From the NCBI GenBank assembly GCA_000708835.1, contig DF236960.1:214982-278981 (forward strand): 64,000 nt of DNA, given 5' to 3'. This document shows, piece after piece, positions 13,791-23,785 of the stretch; the stretch's first letter is position 1, and every line of letters starts with the position of its first letter. A model generated the notes under the pieces. That model searched no databases, was not told where the DNA came from, and was given only the letters and a program-made list of their open reading frames with translations. The translations under genes were made by a program, and so were the position numbers. Source of the stretch: Klebsormidium nitens (Eukaryota; Plantae; Klebsormidiophyceae).

Positions 13791-16482
13791 ATGGCTTCCG
13801 CTGCGCGCCTCTCCCTCCTCTTCTTTGTTTCCGCTGTAATCCTTTCCGGCGCTGCCGCGCAGCAGGTCAATGTTCCGGTGACGGTGCAGTGCCTGAACGT
13901 GCTGGAGAACAACCAGATCCTCAACGTTCCCGGAGCCAATGTGGGCGTCATCCAGGTCATCGCGGCGGCTCTTGGCGGCGCCGGCCAGGCCCCGTCCGCG
14001 CTGTTCTTCAACAGTGAGTGCCTTGTTTTTATTCTGATGGGTTCGAGGCTGATGTTTCTTTCACACGCCTGCGCTCTTCTAGCTGCTGTCTCTTCACATG
14101 CCTGCGCTTCTCTAGCTTAGAAACTAAGTTTTTTAGTATGCGCGGGCGACCCTTAACTGCACTCTTGCTCAGAGCTAGTACCTCAGGGTTGGTTGTGGCG
14201 CTTTGCTGAGCTTGCTGTCGAGTGAGCTGGACTTCAGTAGCAAGGAGCAGGGGACAATGCATTCTATATTGTGCACTGCCTGCTTATGCATAACCTGCGG
14301 AGCATTCTAACTTGTGGTTGGTTGACTGGGGCGCTTAGATGGTTGGAAATGTGGGTCCTTCTTTCTTCTTAGAGCAGGTTTGCAGACTAGCACTTTGATG
14401 ATTGCCGGCTCATCTTTTGGAATAGAGGCTTAGTCGGGTTGATAAATAGAGTGTGGAATGACATGCCAGTCCTCTTGACCAGAGAGCGTGAGGCCAAGCT
14501 GGGTTCTATATCTTTTACCGGGTACTTTGCTCGTTGATGCTCGAGAGTCCTACCCTGAGCTCAGCTGATATCACAAAATGGTTTGAGGAAGTTTCTCGCT
14601 GTGCGGGGCTCTCCATGAACGAGGTATTCAAGTGGTTCAACTCACATAGAATGCACCAGACTGCCTGTCCCAGCAGTCCTATCTGCTCTTCTCATTTAAC
14701 AACAAATCGTTGCTAATGCATTCCTTACCGCACTGTCCCGCAGGCGGCAGCAGCACCAACAACTGCACCAACAACCAGAACTTCAACAGCAACTCCACGT
14801 GCAGCTCCGCCATTGGCCCCGTCAACCTGGGCGTTCTCGGCCAGGGCACTCTCACCCCCTGCTACACCGAGCCCCCCGCAGGCGGCCGCAAGCTGCTGCA
14901 GCAGATCAACGTCCCGGTTACGGTTCAGTGCTTGAACCTGCTGGAGAACAACCAGATTCTCAACATCCCCGGACTCAATGTGGGCGTCATCCAGGTCATT
15001 GCGGCGGCTCTCGGCGGTGCCGGCCAGGCCCCAACTGCACTCTTCTTCAACAGTGAGCTGCACTACATCGTTTTCTGAAAGAGATTTGTCAGATGGTTCC
15101 CTAATTGCATTTGTTTTATGCTCTATGCACTGAGCTGATTAGGCTTTGAGTGAGCTGGACTTCAGTACAGCTAATCTGGGGAGAGGAACTCAATTGTACA
15201 GTCTGCAAACTCGATCACTTGCTATCTGTCAGCCCGTGAAAATGTTGAAAGCTTACCGGAAGGGAAAATAGCAAACATCTGAGAGGTAGTTCAATCTGCT
15301 TAGTCCGGATTGTTAGCACTCGACGAACTTGTAAGAATGTAGGTCCACCGGGCAGACAAATGTGCACTTCTACCCTTGAAACGTACCTTGGGAAGCTTAC
15401 AAAACGGTAACCTGAAGCTTCGAAGGTTTGGCGACTACTAAAACAAGCAAGTAAGCTGGTTATTGATGGCGTGATCCCAACTTCCGTTGTAACGTTTTAC
15501 TCCGGACTTCTCCATTTTACTTCTGTACTCTCCTTAGTGTTCAAAATCATGGAGCGTATACTAACCTAGCTTCTCATTCGCGCGCCCCCTCCGCAGGCGG
15601 CAGCAGCACCAACAACTGCGTCAACAACCAGACCTTCAACAGCAACTCCACGTGCAGCTCCGCAATTGGCCCAATCAATGCTGGCATTTTGGGTCAGGGC
15701 ACTCTCATCCCCTGCTACAACACCCCCGCCACCCCCGCCCCCACCGCCGGCGGCCGCAAGTTGCTGCAGCAAGTGAACGTGCCGGTTACCGCCCAGTGCG
15801 TTAACCTGCTGGACAACTCCCAGGTTGCCAACATCCCCAACGCGGTCGTCCAAGTGATCGGAGTGATTGCCGCAGTGGCCGGCGGAGGCGGTCAGACCCC
15901 GTCTGCCATCTTCTACAACAGTGAGCGACACCCGACAGCTGATACTTGTTCGAACACTGCGCGGATGTCTCAAGAAACTGATTTGACACATTCGAAGTTA
16001 AAGTTAATACGTCTTTTGTCGTCAGCAAGGGTTCTCTTTGAAATCACTTTGGGATGTGGAAGCGGAGCAGTGTAGATATGCACGCGGAGACCGATTGGTG
16101 CATGTTTGGTCGTCAGCAATCATTGTGCCCGCGTCATCCAGATGTAAAAAGGGAACCTGACTTTTATTTGGCTGTGCATACAAATGTTCGTTCAGTGACA
16201 ATGTCGCTTGCGAGAATTTCGCAATTTGTCCGTAAGCCAAGAGCTGACGTCGACACCCGTCCAAGTTCTAAGTCGCCATCCTTACGGTTGTGAACCGGCT
16301 GAGTGTACACTCTTTAAGGTCCTCTAAACCAACTCCATTCCTTCTTTTCAGGCGGCACCTCCACCAACAACTGCCAGAACAACCAAGAGTTCACCAGCAC
16401 CAGCAACTGCTCTTCCGCCATTGGACCCGTCAACGCTGGTGTTCTCGGCCAGGGAACTCTGATCCCGTGCTACGGGTCTTAG
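13791..16482 (+). CDS. Paralog 2, intact: secreted precursor of three ~92-aa 4-Cys modules joined by Pro-rich GGRKLL linkers (328 aa)
   Basis: Exons 13791-14013, 14744-15052, 15597-15920, 16352-16482(TAG) total 987 nt, open throughout, phase-1 introns. 23-aa signal peptide. Modules begin QQ(V/I)NVPVT(V/A)QC and end GQGTL(T/I)PCY. Confidence 0.9.
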
Positions 16483-18049
16483 AACATTTCCGCGTCTGTG
16501 GACAACTGAAAAGTCAACTACGCCGGGCAATACTCATAAGCGGGGAGTTGTGTAAACAGGGGGGAGACAAGAGAGAAAGTCGGTAAGAATTGCAGGCAGA
16601 TACTTCCGAGTATTTGGAAGAAAGCATGATGTAGCGCTTGGCAAGCTTTGTGAAATAATTGGTCTGAAGCTAGTGAACATACTCGCCCGGAAAGCGCGCG
16701 CGTAGATCCTGATAAAACGTAATAGTAACGTGCGAACAAGGATTTCTTTAGGGAAAGAACATGCTCTGTGCTATTTTGGAACACTAGTGCAGAATCCGTT
16801 TTTGTAACCAGCGCCATCAAAGTAGGGAAAGGTGGAAAACGGTTGAATTGACTCGTTCCCAAAAAGTACCAATGCAATAAAGCTGCAACACTCCTCGTGG
16901 AGTGTCAACCCTATCCAAATCTTCTGTACCCACAATCTTGACGATAATATGTCACCAATACACTGATTCCTCGTTTTCAATGCCGAGGTACGCACTAAAA
17001 TGTTGAGATTGTTTCCAACCTGCCAAAATTGTTGCTGCTGCACCAGCAATGCAGAAAACAGAACATGTCATAGCCAACTTGATCAGCACATGTTTACATG
17101 CTACGTGGATAAACGTGGAGCAACCAGCTCCCTCTTCACAAACGTATCACAAATTCTGTGAATATAATGCATAACCATCACCAACTGCTGAACAAGCGTT
17201 GATCATGTTCACCTTAAAGTCACCTCGATATCTTTCTTTGGAGAAATATCTGACAAATTCAATGCTTTCCAATAATCACCGCACGTCACTGTATGATCAA
17301 ACAGGCTTGAAAGGTTTTCAGCGGTCGTAACTTCACTACTGCCCACCACAATTAGCAACAAATCTTGTTGCACAATTTGCAGTTGATTAATTGACTCTAC
17401 CCGTCTCTTCAAGTTCACGGGTTACTAACAAGCTAAGTCCTAATGCCTGCACTCGGCTCGGTCTGCAGAAACAAGTGAACTGCTCAGATGTTCATTACTG
17501 CAAAGTTCAGAATGCTGCTGCAGGCCAGCTAGGGTCTGAAAACTTTCGAGAACCCGCTCTTTTTCCAGGTCTTGACAGAAGTCCATGTAATTAGAGTTCA
17601 GGCTTTGAACTTTATTCTGATACATACTACAGTGCCGGGCAATCACAGACTCCAGAAACGGGGCCGCGCGCGCTGGCTACTACTACTTACTAGTCCCACA
17701 TGACGCGAAAAAAAGACTGCTGATCTGTGGTGCATGCATCATCGACCGCCGGTTTCCGGCGGGCCGAATGCCGGGCTGCTGGTCGCGTCAAACAAGGGAC
17801 CGGCATTGGGCTAGCATACCGGTCGACAGAGTTCCGTACAGTCCGCGACTCCAACTCAATAAGCTATCACACCACGGCCGCGCCGAATTTCCGGCATGCA
17901 TCCCAGCTGCACATATTTAAGCTGGGTGGGAACAGACTGCAACTCGGGATGAAAAGCCGCCGCCCCGACTGCAGTTCAATAGGTAATGTAGGCTTGCCGC
18001 TTCAGCCTTATATAAGCCTTGAGGCAGCTAGATATCAACCCCATGTTAT

Positions 18050-18718
18050 GAATGACGTCAGACTCGGTGTGCTCCAGAAGTAACTTTCAATGAATTCTGG
18101 GATACCCCGTTTTCGCGCTTGCCTGGTCTCAACACGTAGCAACATGATTGCCCTATACGTAAGGCCCTTGTTAGAAAGTAGGGACGCCCTGCAATGCCCA
18201 TCTCCTATGGGTCTTCTGAGCTCACCTTGCCTAGCTATAGCATCATGTGTAGGACACCAACATTGTGAAAGCCAGGTCACGATCAGGAAGGAAGGCGGTT
18301 TCCCAAACAACCCCGCAGGCAGCCGTTCAGGATTCAGGATGCAAACCCCCGGTTGCTACGTGTCCCATGCACATGCAATGGGATATCCTCTGCCAATGCT
18401 ATTTCAGCTCAGCTGACCTCATAAGCATGAAGATTTGTTCCGGCGCAGGTCCCTGCAATCCGGAAGAGCTGCGTACATGACAGCTGTCGCAGCTCGCTGC
18501 TTGCTCTATCTCCGCCCTCCGTTGAGTTAGAGCTCAGTATGATGCCATTGCTCCTGCTCTCAGCTTTTGAGAGCTGAACCGATGCTGATCATCATTCTTA
18601 TACCTATACAGCCCCCCGAGCAATCTGGCCTATAAAACCCGCGCCCACATTCTCCAGGCACCTCAAACTTCCAAAAGAAGCTCCTCAGCTCAAAGCCCAC
18701 AGCTCCTCAGCAGCCGGC
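18050..18718 (+). promoter_or_regulatory. Conserved promoter of paralog 3 with TATA box
   Basis: TATAAAA at 18631-18637. TGACGTCA at 18053-18060. Homologous to the other two upstream regions. Confidence 0.65.
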
Positions 18719-21700
18719 ATGGCTTCCGCTGCGCGCCTCTCCCTCCTCTGCCTTGTTTCCGCTGCGGTCCTCTCCGGCGTTGCTGCGCAGCAGGTCAATG
18801 TTCCGGTGACGGTGCAGTGCCTAAACGTGCTGGAGAACAACCAGATCCTCAACATCCCTGGAGCCAATTGGGCGTAATCCAGGTCATTGCGGCGGCACTC
18901 GGCGGCGCTGGCCAGGCCCCGTCTGCACTGTTTTTCAACAGTAAGTTCCTCAATCTTCCACTGAAGGGCTTTGCCTGATGCTTCTCCGCACAGCTCATTC
19001 TTCCGTTGGCGCTGTCCTCTGAACCTGTGTACTAAGTTCTGTTTGTTGATGTTGAAGGATGATACTTCATTGCACTCATTTGGGTTCCTCAGAATGCATG
19101 GAGCTTCTGTTGAGCTTGAGCGGTCAAGTGAGCTGGATTGGTAGCGAGGGCCAGGAGGGAATGCATTCTACAATGTGCACTGCCTGCCTATTTGATAACC
19201 TGCTCAGCACCCAAGACGTCTTCTGAGCTATTTCTCCACATACAGTGGTCTCGAGTGAAAGCGGATCCCTTTCTAAGCTCTGGGTGTAGGCTTGCTTGCC
19301 GCCAAGTGAATGGGGCGCTTGAATGGTACAGGTTTTTGATTCAGAATGCGCCTCCTTAGACCGGTCTTCCAGATGAGCAGTTTGATGATTGCGAGTGATC
19401 CTGTAGAGCAGAGAATCTAGTTGAATGGAAAAGGCGGAGTTGGAGCGCACAGAACACGATCTGATAGCAGACTAAAGCGTGTGAGGCCAAGCTGGGTTCT
19501 ACGTTCTACACCAGAGAACCTGCTCATTAGTATTCGCGCTCAGCTGTATCCTTCCGCAAGCCGAAGTGATGTTTCAGATTGAAATTGTGGAGGCTTTTCG
19601 CTTCGCAAGTCTCTCCTTAAACTACGCACCTCATATAATCAGCTCACATCACACAAAGACTACCTCTAATCCAGCAGTCATGGCTGTTCCCCTAATTTGG
19701 CGGAGAACAAAATTTTTGCAAGCCTATACTAAGTCCCCCCTTCTGGCGCTTCCCCGCAGGCGGCAGCAGCACCAACAACTGCACCAACAACCAGAACTTC
19801 AACAGCAACTCCACGTGCAGCTCTGCCATTGGCCCGATTAACCTGGGCGTTCTTGGCCAGGGCACTCTCACCCCCTGCTACAACCAGCCGCCCGCAGGCG
19901 GTCGCAAGCTGCTGCAGCAGATTAATGTCCCGGTTACAGTTCAGTGCCTGAACCTGCTGGAGAACAACCAGATTCTCAATATCCCCGGGCTCAACGTGGG
20001 CGTCATCCAGCTCATTCTGGCGGCGCTTGGCGGCGCCGGCCAGGCCCCCACCGCGCTTTTCTACAACAGTGAGTCGCTGGCTTTTCCCGTGGGGAGTTTT
20101 GTCCGGTGTATGCTCGTTCACTCAGTTCAGCTTTCTAATTCTCGAGCTTTATCCCCAGGAAATGATACTTTTGATTCTTGCTCTTTGGGCAACACTTGTC
20201 CGCGGTCATTCGTGTCCCCAATCAGTCCTCATCAAGCGTGTTGCTTCTCTGTGCTGAATGAGAATTGGGCTTGTCAGTGTTACACTGCACTGGCAGGGGG
20301 ATCGCATCCGTGACTTTCCAAGCTTGCCCAAACTTCCACTTGCTAAACCGCGAAATTGTGGACGCTCACCGTAGGTGGAAGTAGCTTCTTTCTGAGTCGC
20401 GGGTAGAGCCTCGCTTGTTGTTGGCGCTGGTACCACTTGAAACCTTTCCAAGAGTGGTAGTCTAGAGGCCAGACAAACGTATCGGTAATTCTGGGAATCG
20501 AGGACTAGATGCAGAAGGCGGAGATTCGGGAGTTTAGAAGTGCAAGCGACTACTACCGTTACCTTTCAACGTGAACTGGGCCGTTTCCTCGACTACGACA
20601 TCTTGATCACCGATATGATTATTCGGCACCTCTCCGTCCGTCAATCTGAAATGACAGACCCCTCAGCGTGTACTAACCCACAGTGGGTTAATTACCCAAT
20701 CCTCACCGTCCCCCTCCGCCACAGTTAGTCTCCAAGACCACATTCTAACCTACTCCTTACCATGCCCCCTCCACAGCCGGCAGCAGCACCAACAACTGCG
20801 TCAACAACCAGACCTTCAACAGCAACTCCAGGTGCAGCTCCGCGATTGGCCCGATCAATGCTGGCATTTTGGGCCAGGGCACTCTCATCCCCTGCTACAA
20901 CACCCCTGCCACCCCCGCCCCCACCGCCGCCGGCCGCAAGCTGCTGCAGCAGGTTAACGTGCCGGTTACCGCCCAGTGCGTTAACCTGCTGGACAACTCC
21001 CAGATTGCTAACATCCCCATGGCGGTCGTCCAAGTCATCGAAGTGATTGCCGCAGTCGCCGGCGGAGGCGGCCAGACCCCGTCTGCCATCTTCTACAACA
21101 GTAAGCAGCCCGAGCTTTGTGTCCCCATTTCCGCCATTCTAATTCAAAAGGCTACTCGTGCTTCTGCAATCAAACGTGCTCGTAGACAAGTGCGGGAGGG
21201 ACGGTCTCCTGCTTTTCCGCATGTTGCGCCAAAGAGTTTCGTCTTCGTACTTCAGACGGAAGAAATTTGCTCATACGCGTACGACTTCTGGGCCCTTGCA
21301 TCAATTGATCGAACAGTTTCGCAAGCGCCGCCCTCTTAGTACCACTTACATCACATCTAGCACGAAAGCATCGATGACTCCGGTCTTGATTCCATCCCCT
21401 CAACTCAGATGTTTTTCGAGAGCCCAAGTTCCGAGTATTCCTTGACTAGGTGATTCCATCCCGAGAACTTTCCTCCCTGGCCGCTCGCAGCCGGCAGCAG
21501 CTTCGGTGTTCTCCCCAACCCCCCAATCCAAACGATCCCTTAAATTGGCCGATTGTGATCTGCCTGAGCCCAACATCCCTCAATCCAGAAGCCTGAACCC
21601 TTTTGGAGCCCAGAAGCCTGAACCCTTTTGGAGCCCAACTTAGAAACCAGAAACCCCTGAAACCTTTCTCCCCGCCCCCTCGCAGCCGGCACCAGCACCA

Positions 21701-22871
21701 ACAACTGCCAGAACATCCAGACCTTCAACACCAGCGGCTACTGCAGCTCCGCGGTGGGCCCCGTGAACGCTGGCGTGCTCGGCCAGGGGTCTCTGATCAC
21801 GTGCTACCCTCCCCCCCCCGGCGGCCGCAAACTGCTCCAGCAGATTAACATTCCCATCACCGTCCAGTGCGTTAACCTGCTTAACAACAACCAGATCGGC
21901 AACATCCCCAATCTCAACGTGGGCGTCATCCAGCTAATCTTGTCCGCGCTCGGTGCCGGAGGCCAGGACCCCACGGCCGTCTTCTTCAACAGCCAGCCAA
22001 GCGGCAGCTGTAAGCCTCCGAATTCTCAAACCATTTAGCTTGAAGAAAACTCTGGTCTCCTTACAAAGTGTCGTTTTGGATTGGAAGTCTTTGCGCGTCC
22101 GTTTGTTCTCGCCCACACACCGACGGCCGTCTTCTTCAACAGCCAGCCGAGCAGCAGCTGTAAGTCTCCAGAAGATCGATCTGTCTCATATGAGAAGTAT
22201 AGACTGTACTTTTTGTCATGGTGTCTTTTTGGGTTTTGTACACCAAGGCCTTGTCGCATGTCTTGTCTCAAATGATTGTTCGGATGGCCAGCCAAGCGGC
22301 AGCTGTAAGCCTCTCAAATACTGACCCGTTTGCGCGAAGCAGATATGGTCGCCAGAACGTCTGTCGAATTCGTTTCACTTTGTCCGTCTATTTTTGGGAA
22401 CTTTGTCACACAAACGGTATGCTGCCGACGATGCTTGATAAACGACGCGATCTCGGTCGAAGTTCCTGACTTGTTCTATTATCCACATTCTTGAAGCTCT
22501 TTCGCAGTATACTTGTCTTCTTCTATCTTAGTTTTGGCGGCGCGGCTCTGTTTGTTGGCATTCCTGCCCAGTACCTTTCAACAACTTTCTGTGAAGCTAT
22601 CTTCAGCTAGCCTGCTACTCACGACAGGTTTAGGATCGGTTTCGGACCGTACATAATCAGGAATCTGAAATTCCAATCGGTAATTACCTTTTAAAGGCAG
22701 TCCTTGAAAGACGGATGGATTCACACCTTCTTCGTCCACACAGGCGGCACTTCCACCAACCACTGCGAGAACAACCAGGAGTTCAACAACTACAGCAAGT
22801 GCTCGTCCGCAGTCGGGCCCGTGAGCGCCAGCGTTCTTGGCCAGGGAACTCTCATTGCCTGCTACGGTTAA
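18719..22871 (+). pseudogene. Paralog 3 of the RKLL-linked precursor (4 modules); exon-1 frameshift, or a sequencing error
   Basis: Exons 18719-18940 (222 nt vs 223 in the other copies; GCCAATTGGGCGTAA gives a stop at 18875-18877), 19760-20068, 20777-21100, 21686-22009 (shifted donor), 22744-22871(TAA). Downstream exons are open and conserved. Confidence 0.75.
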
Positions 22872-23785
22872 AGTCTTAGTCTGCCGTTGACTGATTTTAA
22901 TCACTAGGAATGGAGAGGAAGCAGTAGTATACGTTTAAATCTGCGGTATGCTGAAGAGATCATCTTCAAGGGATTTGGCAATACATGCCACTGGTTTGTC
23001 CGTCTTGGATCAGAAGGAGGTGAAAGGTAAACGTGTAAGTACTTCTCGCACCAAATCGCTAGCAAAAGCCCAGGAACCCTTATGAAAGACGTGGTTCTCG
23101 GAACACTTGATAGACTTTGGCGTTGAGAAGATGCGAAAGCTCGCAATGGAATTAGGCGCGCGTAGGCTCTGAAACTCGTAGGACGTGGAAGAAAAGGAGT
23201 GGGTCGGAATTATTCTGGCCGCTCCGATTTTGGACTTTAGTGTAGAGCCGCTTTTTCCGGGATAATTCTGGCCAGCGGTCCTAGAATAGGAACATTATAA
23301 AAGCGTTCGCTTGTTCCAGGAGACTATAATAGAATAAAACCTGATACCTAGATCCGACTTTTGTCTCTACACATTGACGGGCTTCAATGATCAACACTCT
23401 TTTCTTGTACCCAATTGTCTGCCGTTGGCGGTATACGTTTGACTCTTCGAATGACATATCCATACATGAATTATGTGATACGACAATGAAAGAAATCCTC
23501 GATGAGAAAATGTTATTAAGCACTTTACAGAAGGATAACGACTCTTTGAAGAATCCTGTTTATCGTACCAAAAAGTGGAAACAAGCTAAACTATCTGGTA
23601 TTCGCCCTCTGCGAAAATCTGTTCACACTACTTCCTACAAAAGAAACTTATGTAAGGTCTTTCTGCACTTGTAGCAAACGCCTTGGATACCGCGTTCAAT
23701 TCGAATCGATGATGTCTAGGATCCAGCTTCCTCCACTTGTCTCTCCATAACATTCTGTCAGATCTTCCTTCACTCCATCCATCAA

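Noticed and set aside
13791-16482. Calling the modules hydrophobins
   Set aside because: They have 4 Cys (C-x47-C-x11-C-x19-C), not the 8-Cys pattern with CC pairs. Only a functional analogy is proposed.
9442-21089. Many antisense or alternate-frame ORFs over the module exons (e.g. 9442-9813, 14725-15063, 15566-15991, 20725-21033)
   Set aside because: They are by-products of GC3-rich, stop-poor coding sequence on the opposite strand.
11294-23038. TGTAA as a conserved polyadenylation signal of the three paralogs (11294, 16551, 23034)
   Set aside because: The sites are not at homologous positions after the stop codons, and a 5-mer is common by chance.
23280-23700. AT-richer segment as an organellar or viral insertion
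   Set aside because: No recognisable plastid, mitochondrial or viral protein in any frame.
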